A stretch of 61,990 nt of DNA, taken from a virus. Below, one piece after another: positions 29,004 to 37,877 of this stretch. Each line of letters opens with the position of its first letter. Position 1 is the stretch's first letter. The DNA lies in UHGV virus genome UHGV-0106586. One strand, given 5' to 3'. The position numbers and the translations under genes are program-made. Below the pieces are notes generated by a model that was given only the letters and a program-made list of their open reading frames with translations, did no database searches and was not told where the DNA came from.

Positions 29004-29196
29004 TAGCACCTCTTCGTTGTAGTTCTGCCTTCAATCCATTTTCAATCTTGTCCAGTTCATGAATTTCATCTGCAATCTCTTTCCTTCGTGATTCAACTCT
29101 CTTAAGACGTTCAATCATTACCTCATTGGAAAGAGATGAGAGTTCCACTAAGCGGTGGTCAATAACTTTAAAATTGTCTTTTACTCTCATCTTCAT
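28996..29196 (-). CDS. hypothetical coiled-coil protein (66 aa)
   Basis: ORF in track. Confidence 0.35.
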   Translation of the reverse strand: MKMRVKDNFKVIDHRLVELSSLSNEVMIERLKRVESRRKEIADEIHELDKIENGLKAELQRRGANV

Positions 29197-29204
29197 TCTC
29201 TCTT

Positions 29205-29948
29205 TTAAACTTTAATGATGGCTCTTAGCTTGTTCTCAAGGTCTGCAAGAGTACCATTATTATGAATAATGTCACGCTCATATTTTGTAGAAATCCCATT
29301 TTCTGAAACATGTGATGAAACTTTGTCCACATTGTCTCTTTTTACTTCAATAGTTTGGTGTGCAAATCTACTCAGCCATTCAGCTTCAGAGTCAAATCTT
29401 AAATCACTGATTAAGACAAAACCATATTGATTTCTAAGTGAGCACATTTCATGGAATCTAACCATTCTTTTTTCAAGGTCTTTAGACCAGAACTTGTCGC
29501 CCATTACCTTACGGACAACTTCAGTACCCCAAATTTGTTGAATTTGTCTTGATGAGAATTTATACTTTTTACTAAATCCCAGACGTGTTAGTATGGTAGG
29601 TTTAGCAACCTTCTTAAGCTCCATGATTAATCGTCCGGTTAACTCTGACATAAGCTTGAAGTCCATATGATAACGTTCATCTCTGAAGGTGAACTCCATA
29701 GCTTCCGTAACTTTAAACATCAGTTCATGATATGATAAGTCAAATACCTGTGGAGTCTCTTTAGTTTCACCATACAGGTCATTCCAAGTCAGGTCAAATA
29801 TCTTTGATGCAGACATTTTAAGGTTGTCTGCAAAGGCCATTACAGCAACATTGTAGCCGTACTCATCCTCTAAGATGTTCTTCACAATAGAACATGAGGT
29901 GTCTTTTCCAGAGCGTGCCTTTCCAGTAAATGCGATAATATTACTCAT
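29205..29948 (-). CDS. deoxynucleoside monophosphate kinase (T4 gp1-like)
   Basis: P-loop IIAFTGKARSGKDT closely resembles the T4 dNMP kinase N-terminus as recalled. Confidence 0.65.
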   Translation of the reverse strand: MSNIIAFTGKARSGKDTSCSIVKNILEDEYGYNVAVMAFADNLKMSASKIFDLTWNDLYGETKETPQVFDLSYHELMFKVTEAMEFTFRDERYHMDFKLMSELTGRLIMELKKVAKPTILTRLGFSKKYKFSSRQIQQIWGTEVVRKVMGDKFWSKDLEKRMVRFHEMCSLRNQYGFVLISDLRFDSEAEWLSRFAHQTIEVKRDNVDKVSSHVSENGISTKYERDIIHNNGTLADLENKLRAIIKV

Positions 29949-29999
29949 TTTATCTCCCTTAATTACTAAAAAGCCCCCAACTAAGGAGGCTTGTAAGAT

Positions 30000-30821
30000 T
30001 TATAAAGACTTAGTGCAGTTGGTCACTGGTAATCTGTGAGTGCTCTTTTCAGCCATAGCTGAGACTTGCTTCACAAAATCATCACCGAAGTTAATACGCA
30101 GCTTCTCTTCAATGATTGAAGCCCCAATGTTTACCAAAACATCATTGATTGCTTGCATACTGACACCACCAGTCATCTCCTCAACGAACTCAATGGTTAC
30201 CCCCAACATCTGAGAAAGTTGGATTAGTGCAAAGATATTCATCATTGTAGAGATAGCTGGAATCATCAGAGCAACCTTCACCTGTAGTGGCTCTACATCA
30301 GCTACAGAGTCATCTTTCACAGCTTCTGCTAAAGAGTCTTTAGTTTGCTGGATAATCTCTTTGATTCGTGGGTTTAATTCTTCTACGCCCCAATCAAGTT
30401 TTTCATATCGTGAAAGTTTCTCTTCCATACGCTTCTCAAGAACAGCCATAACAGCACTCGTTGATGAGATAAGCGTATCAATAATGAAATCAGTGTCCTT
30501 AGTCAGCAACAGTTCCTTATCTTCGTCTGACATTCTGATATAGTCATTCTTTTGTATTTCATAAAAAATGAACTCTGCAAGAGCATCAACACCTACAACA
30601 ATAGATGCTAAGGCAAGCTTTTTGTCACACAGCATCATGTTAACCTGTTCTGCAAAAGCACCGTTATCAGACTTGTCTTCAGGCAAGTTATAGCTTGCAG
30701 GCATAAACTGTTCTGTGTAGTTGTTACCACGAAGAATCATAGCCATGCTTTCTACGGCATTGATTAAGAATGCTTCATCAACACCTTTCTCTTCAAGCAT
30801 CTTTTCTACATCGATATTCAT
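30000..30821 (-). CDS. hypothetical protein (273 aa)
   Basis: ORF in track. Confidence 0.45.
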   Translation of the reverse strand: MNIDVEKMLEEKGVDEAFLINAVESMAMILRGNNYTEQFMPASYNLPEDKSDNGAFAEQVNMMLCDKKLALASIVVGVDALAEFIFYEIQKNDYIRMSDEDKELLLTKDTDFIIDTLISSTSAVMAVLEKRMEEKLSRYEKLDWGVEELNPRIKEIIQQTKDSLAEAVKDDSVADVEPLQVKVALMIPAISTMMNIFALIQLSQMLGVTIEFVEEMTGGVSMQAINDVLVNIGASIIEEKLRINFGDDFVKQVSAMAEKSTHRLPVTNCTKSL

Positions 30822-30822
30822 A

Positions 30823-31245
30823 TTATTTCTCTCTCAGTTGGTTAAGTTTCTTTCTAGAACATTTTAAGTTTTCAGATGAAGAAAAGTCAAGTGTCTTTTC
30901 AGAACGTGGATAGTAATGCCTATCCCAAGAAGTTTCAACATCGTTAATCAGTGACGCTAGATTACACAGGTCTGTACCACTTTGCAACCTCTTTTTAAGA
31001 GAATCAAGTAAAGCAACTGTGTCTTTAGCTTTACGTCTCGCTGTAGCAACATCTTTCATATGCTCAAATACAGAGCATTTTAAGTCATCTTCATAGTTTT
31101 CAGACAACTCTATTTCATGTTGTATATCAACCATTCTCCTGTGATGGTGAGCATATTCCCGTTGAGCAGCAATGTCAAGTTCTTCCAACTTCTGCAAAGC
31201 TCTAACAAAGTCAGCTATGTCTGGGTGAACAAACATTTTCTGCAT
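30823..31245 (-). CDS. hypothetical protein (140 aa)
   Basis: ORF in track. Confidence 0.45.
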   Translation of the reverse strand: MQKMFVHPDIADFVRALQKLEELDIAAQREYAHHHRRMVDIQHEIELSENYEDDLKCSVFEHMKDVATARRKAKDTVALLDSLKKRLQSGTDLCNLASLINDVETSWDRHYYPRSEKTLDFSSSENLKCSRKKLNQLREK

Positions 31246-31502
31246 GTAAGCCTCTTTTAAGTAACTATTAAGTTTTAATCTTTTATCTTAACGTATTCTA
31301 TACGTTATACTTTAAAGCTTTTTAAAAGCTATTAAATAATCTTTTAAGAGTTTTAAAGTATCTGTATAGTTAAACTGTTAAGTAACCTTTTAAGTAAAAA
31401 CCCACTTCGCAAAGATTAACACCTTGTCAAGTGCATTGTCAACTTGCTTTTTATAATTTTTTGCAGTAATGTATGAGGTTAATGATTTTAGAGGGAGTAA
31501 AA
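31246..31502. promoter_or_regulatory. AT-rich divergent control region between minus-strand and plus-strand gene blocks; palindromes (ctttaaag, gctttttaaaagc); candidate promoters and/or replication origin
   Basis: Strand switch at this point; TTGTCA and TATAAT hexamers present but spacing imperfect; palindromes seen directly. Confidence 0.4.
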
Positions 31503-34202
31503 ATGGAAAACGTAGATTTTAAAAACTTACATTTAGTTGGTGATACAGAAACTGATGGTTTACTCCTTGAGTTTACTAAAGTGCACGTAATGGCTTTCGC
31601 AGACTATAAATCTGACGATGAAGAGCCACCTGTATGGGTCTTTACAGATGAACCTATCCTCGGTCACAAGTATACCAAGTACATTAAGGGTGGTTTACGT
31701 GAAGGTGTTGAATTTGCGTTAAAGGCAAAACGTCTTTGCATCCATAACGGTCTCGGTTATGACTGGTGGGTTTTCAATCACATTGCACCCGATTTGTGGA
31801 ACTTTGATAATCCAAAGTGTAAGCCGTGGAGTAATTTCTTTCAGGATTCTCTTATCCAGTCTCGTGTTCAGTGGATGGATAGACCAACTCCAAAGGGCTA
31901 TAAAGGTGCTCATGGCTTGGCAGCATGGGGTGCTCGTGTGGGTGTCCGTAAACCAGAGATTGAACATTGGGGTGTGTGGAATGCAGAAATCTTCACTCGT
32001 GTTGTGGAAGATATCCGTATTAACGCCAAAACTAAACGTGCATTGGATAATGAATATCTGAAGCTTAAGAAGTGTGGTATAGACACTTATGAAACCTACA
32101 TGCGAGCTAAAGAGACATCTTTCTGGATGAGTCAACAGGCTATCAATGGTTGGAAAGCTGATAAAGAGCTTATGGAGTTCCATGTAAAGGAACTTGACAA
32201 GTTGACTAATGAGCTTGCTTCAGAAGTTGAACCACATCTTCCTCCAACTATTAAAACCAAAGGTAAAGTCACTGGAGAAGAATTTGCAAAAGCTTGGAAT
32301 GAGTATGTTGAAGCGTTTGGTCATGCAGATGGTCTGAAGAGAATTACCAAGTACCCTAAGACAAAGTATCGTCAACAGGTACGCAACGGTGAGATGCAGA
32401 CATATGAAATCAAGCCATTTGGTAAGCCAACTACAAAGATTTTTAACATTGAAAAGCGGAATTGCTATACACCAACCAACTCTGTAACTGGCGAAGAGTA
32501 CAAGGAAGGCTTTGTAGCAATGAAGGATGCTCGTGCAATTTGCAATGAGTTGAATGCAAAGATTGGTAAGAAGTGCAAAGACTGGAAGCCAGTAAAAACA
32601 GTTAAAACTGTGAAGTACTATAACAGCCATGTTGTTAACCACTTTAAGCTTGAGTCAAGTCGCTACACAGGTTTGATTGATGCACCATATACACCAATTG
32701 AGTTCGAAGTTTCTCGTATGACTCAGGTAGCAGTTGTTAAAGACTACTTGAAATCAGTTGGTTGGATTCCAGATGACTGGAACTATAAGAAAGACTCTGA
32801 TGGTCGTCCTGTTAAGGTTTGTCGCTTCAAAGACAACAAAAAGATGATTACAAAACATCCTAAGTGGGATGAGATGGTGGAACGGTGTGGTTTGAGTTAT
32901 GTTGAACATGAAGGTGTCCAGTACATTGAACATAACTGGTCTGTGAAGAAGTACACAGATTTGCTTGAGCCTTGCTTAATCCGTACTTCACCAAAACTTA
33001 CTGAATCATCTTATGATACGATTGAAGGTGAGCTTGGACAGAAGATTGCTAAGTACTATACTTTGATGCACCGACGCAGAACTATTGAGAACTCAAAGGA
33101 TGATGAAAAAGGTTGGTTGAACCAGATTCGTCCAGATGGTCGCCTTAGTGCTGGTGCAATGGTATTTGGTACTTCAACTGGACGTATGACACAATATGGT
33201 ATTGTAAACGTACCGTCTGGTGCTGCTGTCTATGGAGCACCTATGCGGGAAGTTTGGACTTGTGAAGAAGGTACAGATATCATCTCTGTAGACCAAAACT
33301 CAGCACAGCTAGTTCTTCTTTGTAACTTTATGGGTGATGAAGAGTTCACTAAAGCGGTAACTGAAGGTAAAGAGTCAGTAGAATTTACCAAGCAAGAGGA
33401 TGGGAGATACTATTGCAAGCATCTTGATAAGTACCTCAATCCAGAAACTGATAAGTATCTTCGTTATGATGCTGAGAATGACCTCTACGAAGTCTACACA
33501 GGTACTGATGCACATACACTGAATAGTATTTACTTTGGTCTGAACAAGGAAGAAGATATTGTTCGTTGTAGGGAAACACAGGATGAGGAACTTCTCCACG
33601 AGATTACAAAAGGTCGTAAGAAGGCCAAGAATGGCATCTACGCCCTGTTATTTGGAGCCGGAGACGAGAAGTTTGCAAAAACTATCAAGGCATCATCTAC
33701 GGAAGAAGGTGCATTGACTAAACAAACTTACTTTGTGCGTCTACCTAAGATTAAAAAGCTGCTTGACAGGTTAGAGGAAGACTTCAAAGCAACTAAGAAG
33801 GCACTTGAAGAGGTTTTTGGAAAAACTTCTGCAATTGCCAAAGGTGGTTATATCAAAGTCGCTGGAGCGTGGTTATGGTGTAAATCTCCACATAAGTTAT
33901 TGAATTTCACACTCATGGGTAGTGAGGCGCAGGTACAGAATGAGGGGATTAACTTGGCTAATAGAGAGTTAACAGAGCGAAAACTTACAGTTCTAAATGG
34001 TAGGAAACCAGCTATTGGTGCTAGATGGGTCTGTAGTTACCACGACGAAGTTTCTTTAGAGGTTCCAACAAAAGCTGTACCAGATGTTAAGGAGATTATT
34101 GATAGAATGTATGGTCAAGCATCAAAAAATCTTGGATTAAAGAGTAAGACGCTTGTTACAGGCACTGGTAAGGTAGGTAAGACATGGTACGCCGTACACT
34201 AA
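31503..34202 (+). CDS. DNA polymerase, family A (T7 gp5-like) with 3'-5' exonuclease domain
   Basis: N-terminal LVGDTETDG exo I motif; C-terminus ...YAVH as in Pol I family; ATG 31503 preferred (GAGGGAG RBS) over track start 31473. Confidence 0.85.
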   Translation: MENVDFKNLHLVGDTETDGLLLEFTKVHVMAFADYKSDDEEPPVWVFTDEPILGHKYTKYIKGGLREGVEFALKAKRLCIHNGLGYDWWVFNHIAPDLWNFDNPKCKPWSNFFQDSLIQSRVQWMDRPTPKGYKGAHGLAAWGARVGVRKPEIEHWGVWNAEIFTRVVEDIRINAKTKRALDNEYLKLKKCGIDTYETYMRAKETSFWMSQQAINGWKADKELMEFHVKELDKLTNELASEVEPHLPPTIKTKGKVTGEEFAKAWNEYVEAFGHADGLKRITKYPKTKYRQQVRNGEMQTYEIKPFGKPTTKIFNIEKRNCYTPTNSVTGEEYKEGFVAMKDARAICNELNAKIGKKCKDWKPVKTVKTVKYYNSHVVNHFKLESSRYTGLIDAPYTPIEFEVSRMTQVAVVKDYLKSVGWIPDDWNYKKDSDGRPVKVCRFKDNKKMITKHPKWDEMVERCGLSYVEHEGVQYIEHNWSVKKYTDLLEPCLIRTSPKLTESSYDTIEGELGQKIAKYYTLMHRRRTIENSKDDEKGWLNQIRPDGRLSAGAMVFGTSTGRMTQYGIVNVPSGAAVYGAPMREVWTCEEGTDIISVDQNSAQLVLLCNFMGDEEFTKAVTEGKESVEFTKQEDGRYYCKHLDKYLNPETDKYLRYDAENDLYEVYTGTDAHTLNSIYFGLNKEEDIVRCRETQDEELLHEITKGRKKAKNGIYALLFGAGDEKFAKTIKASSTEEGALTKQTYFVRLPKIKKLLDRLEEDFKATKKALEEVFGKTSAIAKGGYIKVAGAWLWCKSPHKLLNFTLMGSEAQVQNEGINLANRELTERKLTVLNGRKPAIGARWVCSYHDEVSLEVPTKAVPDVKEIIDRMYGQASKNLGLKSKTLVTGTGKVGKTWYAVH

Positions 34203-34687
34203 CACTTCAAGACTACAAGGATAATTTTATTTATGACCCCGACAAAGGGGTCTTCTACAACAAGTATGACAGGAATAGGCAAGCTAAAGCTGGGCAGATT
34301 GCAGGAGGAAGTGATGCTTATGGTTACAAAGTACTTAAATTCAAAGATGTCGTAATAAAAGTTCATCACCTCGTTTGGTGGTTCGAGCATGGTTACAAGC
34401 CCACTAAGATGATAGACCACATTGATGGTAACAGAAGTAATAATCATATCTCTAATCTTAGGGAGACTGATAAGTATGGAAACGCCCAAAACAGAGTTAA
34501 GCAGACAGCTAACAAGTCAGGTTACAAGGGTGTGCATTATTTTAAAGACTGCAATAAATGGAGGGCTGCTATAACATGCAGAGGTAAAAGGACATCACTT
34601 GGCTTATTTGACACACCAGAAGAAGCCCATAAAGCTTACTGTGAAGCTGCTATTAAACTCCACGGAGAGTTTGCAAAACTAAGTTGA
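34184..34687 (+). CDS. HNH endonuclease with AP2 domain (free-standing, overlapping the 3' end of the polymerase gene)
   Basis: KVHHLVWWFEHGYKP...IDHIDGNRSNNHISNLRE plus AP2-like SGYKGVHYFKDCNKWRAAI...GLFDTPEEAHKAY. Confidence 0.75.
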   Translation: MVRRTLTLQDYKDNFIYDPDKGVFYNKYDRNRQAKAGQIAGGSDAYGYKVLKFKDVVIKVHHLVWWFEHGYKPTKMIDHIDGNRSNNHISNLRETDKYGNAQNRVKQTANKSGYKGVHYFKDCNKWRAAITCRGKRTSLGLFDTPEEAHKAYCEAAIKLHGEFAKLS

Positions 34688-34738
34688 CAAGGTGCTCAGG
34701 GAAGAGTACCTTATACAATATCTTATATAGGAGGGCTT

Positions 34739-34948
34739 ATGAGCCACCGTGGAAGAACCCATGCAGCGATGATGAAAGGTGCTTCAAAGGAGACTATCAA
34801 AAATCGTAAGCAGAAGTTGTTTGAGAGAATGAACAGGTTAATTGACAATTCATCTCTTTCAGGTTCTGAGAAGGTTTTCTTGAAAGGTAATCTGAAAAGC
34901 GTTGCACAAGAACTTATTGACATTGAGTATTGGAGACATCAAAAATGA
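34739..34948 (+). CDS. hypothetical protein (69 aa)
   Basis: ATG with AGGAGGG RBS. Confidence 0.4.
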   Translation: MSHRGRTHAAMMKGASKETIKNRKQKLFERMNRLIDNSSLSGSEKVFLKGNLKSVAQELIDIEYWRHQK

Positions 34949-35157
34949 CACTTGCAGACGTTATTCAGCAACTTCACGACAATTGCTATACTCCAGAGTT
35001 GATTCAGGAGATGTCTATTGTGGTAATGCCTTGTAAGTTCGTAAAAGCTTTTAATGGCGAATCTTTAAGGTCTGCACATATCCTTATTGTTGACGGTAAG
35101 ATTGCAAGGGACCGTACAGGAGTCCTTAAGGGTGAACGTATTAGCATTGACATCTGA
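34945..35157 (+). CDS. hypothetical protein (70 aa from ATG 34945)
   Basis: ATG with GGAGA RBS; track start is a TTG. Confidence 0.4.
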   Translation: MTLADVIQQLHDNCYTPELIQEMSIVVMPCKFVKAFNGESLRSAHILIVDGKIARDRTGVLKGERISIDI

Positions 35158-35174
35158 GTATTGGAGATACCAAA

Positions 35175-35330
35175 ATGAAACGCAAAGTAAAATTCTTTAG
35201 TTTGTATGGAAGAGTCGGTAAAGGTTTTGATTGGCAACTTCTACGTTCAGATGTTAAAAGCAACGAGTTAGCACAGCTTATTATAAACTATCGACGAACG
35301 TACAGAGAAGTAGAACATCGTGAACAGTAA
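35175..35330 (+). CDS. small hypothetical protein (51 aa), below track cutoff
   Basis: Hand-translated MKRKVKFFSLYGRVGKGFDWQLLRSDVKSNELAQLIINYRRTYREVEHREQ; GGAGA RBS. Confidence 0.3.
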   Translation: MKRKVKFFSLYGRVGKGFDWQLLRSDVKSNELAQLIINYRRTYREVEHREQ

Positions 35331-35343
35331 TAGGAGAAGTATT

Positions 35344-35580
35344 ATGTGGAAAGCAGTAATTGTGCTTAGTGTTATCCTTCTATCTGGCTGTAATCCCTCT
35401 TACGAGGACAAAAATGCTTCTTATAGCCTCCCACCAGAGATGCAAGATTGCAAAGTCTATAAGTTACATGGTGATGCCATAAGCAGAGATATTGTTGTTG
35501 TCAGATGTCCAAACTCTCAAACAACAACATCTTATAGCTATGGAAAAAATGGTCAATCACACACTACTGTTATTGAGTGA
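35344..35580 (+). CDS. small lipoprotein (78 aa), early region
   Basis: Signal MWKAVIVLSVILLSGC with lipobox LSGC; ATG with AGGAGA RBS. Confidence 0.5.
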   Translation: MWKAVIVLSVILLSGCNPSYEDKNASYSLPPEMQDCKVYKLHGDAISRDIVVVRCPNSQTTTSYSYGKNGQSHTTVIE

Positions 35581-35590
35581 GGTGTTCAAG

Positions 35591-35797
35591 ATGGAAGTCC
35601 TAGTAAACTATATCTACTGTTATGATGTTGTTCACTCCACTACAACCGTAGCTCAACGTAACCCAATCGTCCCACGAGAAGGTGAGTTGGTTCGAATCGA
35701 GGGTTGGACTTACACTGTGGAAAGCATCATTCATAAGTTTGATGTTGCTGGTGATGTTCAAGTTATTGATGTAGAGATTGGTGGTAAGAGAAAATGA
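35591..35797 (+). CDS. hypothetical protein (68 aa from ATG 35591)
   Basis: ATG with GAGG RBS. Confidence 0.4.
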   Translation: MEVLVNYIYCYDVVHSTTTVAQRNPIVPREGELVRIEGWTYTVESIIHKFDVAGDVQVIDVEIGGKRK

Positions 35798-35979
35798 AAA
35801 CAGAACCTGTAAAAACTGAAGACGGAAACATTGAGACATTCTCAATCACAGTCGCTGGTGATGAGTTCTCTTGCAAATGTGGGTGTAACTGCTTTCATAA
35901 ACCAGATAAAACAAAACTTGGTCTTTATGAATGTAATAGCTGTGGGTTGAGGTTCTTAGACAAAAGCAAGGATATGTGA
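35794..35979 (+). CDS. small zinc-ribbon protein, paralog A
   Basis: FSCKCGCNCFHKPDK...YECNSCG; paralogous to ORF 36307..36498. Confidence 0.45.
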   Translation: MKTEPVKTEDGNIETFSITVAGDEFSCKCGCNCFHKPDKTKLGLYECNSCGLRFLDKSKDM

Positions 35980-36227
35980 TGAAGATAACTCAAGAAATGA
36001 AGAAGTTGTATGAGAGAAGTGTGAAGATTCCACCAAGAACTGATGCAAAGAAATTACTATTCAACTCTTGGATGAATGATTGCACGTATGAGCAATACTA
36101 CTTTAAAGTAATAGCATCAGGCGAAAGACCAGAATCACCTGAATTTTATGATATTTACATAAAGGAGCAAGATGAAAAATGTTTAGATTTCTACGAAAAA
36201 TACATGGAAGTTATAAATTCAATTTAA
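35976..36227 (+). CDS. hypothetical protein (83 aa)
   Basis: ORF in track. Confidence 0.4.
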   Translation: MMKITQEMKKLYERSVKIPPRTDAKKLLFNSWMNDCTYEQYYFKVIASGERPESPEFYDIYIKEQDEKCLDFYEKYMEVINSI

Positions 36228-36306
36228 TTATCAAAGAAGACTTTGGTGGACATGCTTGGCACTCCTTCTACTCAAAAGGCTCCATAGATTGTGAGGCAAG
36301 AGATAA

Positions 36307-36498
36307 ATGAACAAAGAAGATAAGCATAAAAATGCTGTACGTACTCCTGATGGAAAGGTTCAATCCTTCATCCTGACAGTTGGTGGAAAGACGTTTCGTT
36401 GCCACTGCGGAGCAAACTGTTTTCATAAACCAGATAAAAATGACCTAGAGCTTTACGCATGTAATGCTTGCAATACTTGGTATCACTCAGAGGAATAA
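36307..36498 (+). CDS. small zinc-ribbon protein, paralog B
   Basis: FRCHCGANCFHKPDK...YACNACN; paralogous to ORF 35794..35979. Confidence 0.45.
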   Translation: MNKEDKHKNAVRTPDGKVQSFILTVGGKTFRCHCGANCFHKPDKNDLELYACNACNTWYHSEE

Positions 36499-36499
36499 A

Positions 36500-37600
36500 A
36501 TGACAATTCTATACAAACAAAATAAAGATGGCTCTTTTAACGTCTGGTCATGCGTTGCTGTAGGCGACAAAGTTATTACAACCTACGGTAAAGAAAATGG
36601 CAAGATGATGTTTGAAGAGTATACAGCAGAACCTAAAAACATCGGTAAAAAGAATGAGCGTAACGCTGAACAGCAAGCTCTCTTTGAAGTTGCTGCTAAG
36701 TATAAAAAGCAAGTTGACCGTAAAGGTTATGCTTACACAAAAGAGTCTGCACAGAATACTGAGAAGGTAGGTGTACAACTTGCTCATGATGCTGCAAAGG
36801 TTAGTCATGCAAAGTATTTGATATTCCCTGCTGATGCTCAACCAAAACTTGATGGTGTTCGTTGTAGAATTTCAAGAGATGCTGATTCAGTTAGCTTCAC
36901 GGCCTATTCTCGTGAGAATACTGTTTACAACGTCCCAGCAGAACTAATCCCAGATTTACTTTTGTTGCTTAAATTGCATCCACAAGTCGAAGACTTTGAT
37001 GGTGAGATTTATGCTCACGGTTGGGACTTAGAAGATATTGTGTCTATGATTAAGAATGCTGACAATCCAGAACGCCACCTTCTTAAATTCTACTGGTATG
37101 ATATCTGTGACAATTCAAAAACTTGGCCTGAGCGTCGTGAAGTTATTGATAACTCACCCATTATTGAGCTTGGTGATACCTGTAGAGTTGTTCCTGTACA
37201 GACTATCCGTGTTAACTCTTGGGAAGAGTTTGATGAAGCTCATGATAAGTGGGTTGAAGCTAAGTTTGAAGGTGCAATGTACCGTTCAATCTCTGAAGAC
37301 TCCTTCTATGAGTGTTGTCACCGTTCATACTTCTTGATTAAGCACAAGAAGATGCACACTGAAGAGTTTAAAGTGACTGGTGTAAAGACTGATAAGCGTG
37401 GTCATGGCAAGTTCGTTGTAGAGACTCTTCCTAACGTCTTTGTAGATGTCTCATGGAAGACTACTCATGAGAAGAAACAGTATCTTGCTGAGCATCCTGA
37501 AGAGTTTATCGGGAAACCTTTAACGGTTCAGTTCCAGAAGATGACTCGTAAGGGGTCTTTACAGTTTCCTGTTGGTTTAGTTATTCGAGATTACGAATAA
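36500..37600 (+). CDS. ATP-dependent DNA ligase
   Basis: KLDGVRC adenylation motif I (KxDG); size ~366 aa; ATG 36500 with AGGA RBS. Confidence 0.75.
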   Translation: MTILYKQNKDGSFNVWSCVAVGDKVITTYGKENGKMMFEEYTAEPKNIGKKNERNAEQQALFEVAAKYKKQVDRKGYAYTKESAQNTEKVGVQLAHDAAKVSHAKYLIFPADAQPKLDGVRCRISRDADSVSFTAYSRENTVYNVPAELIPDLLLLLKLHPQVEDFDGEIYAHGWDLEDIVSMIKNADNPERHLLKFYWYDICDNSKTWPERREVIDNSPIIELGDTCRVVPVQTIRVNSWEEFDEAHDKWVEAKFEGAMYRSISEDSFYECCHRSYFLIKHKKMHTEEFKVTGVKTDKRGHGKFVVETLPNVFVDVSWKTTHEKKQYLAEHPEEFIGKPLTVQFQKMTRKGSLQFPVGLVIRDYE

Positions 37601-37606
37601 AAGTTG

Positions 37607-37634
37607 TTGACATAGATAATTTGGTGAGTATACT
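37607..37634 (+). promoter_or_regulatory. sigma70-like promoter (-35 TTGACA 37607-37612, 16-bp spacer, -10 TATACT 37629-37634) overlapped by an 8-bp inverted repeat (37623-37630 / 37655-37662)
   Basis: Hexamers and dyad read directly. Confidence 0.5.
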
Positions 37635-37804
37635 GAGCATCATAAACCGACGGGTACTCACCAGCATCACTTAAGAGTCTTCTAAGAGGGTTTTTAAGTA
37701 ATGTTCGGTCGGGTTTGGTAGGGTAAGGTCGGGTAAGGTAAGGTAATGTATGGAAGGATGGCAGTAACCTTATAAAAAATCTGCCAAATAAGCTATAAAG
37801 TCTG

Positions 37805-37839
37805 TTGACAAGTCAGGTGTTATAGCTTATTTTTATACT
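37805..37839 (+). promoter_or_regulatory. second promoter-like element (TTGACA 37805-37810; -10 either TATTTT or TATACT) embedded in the inverted repeat agctataa / ttatagct
   Basis: Seen directly; -10 assignment ambiguous. Confidence 0.3.
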
Positions 37840-37877
37840 CAACGTAATACAAAATTTAATATAACTTTGAGGTCATT

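Noticed and set aside
31473-31502. DNA polymerase start at the upstream ATG (31473)
   Set aside because: The downstream ATG at 31503 has a much better RBS (GAGGGAG) and aligns with the T7-type polymerase N-terminus; the upstream start would add 10 residues without RBS support.
35686-35700. tRNA-like T-loop motif GGTTCGAATC
   Set aside because: Lies inside a protein-coding ORF (35591-35797) and the flanking sequence cannot form T-stem or acceptor-stem pairing; no cloverleaf could be built by eye.
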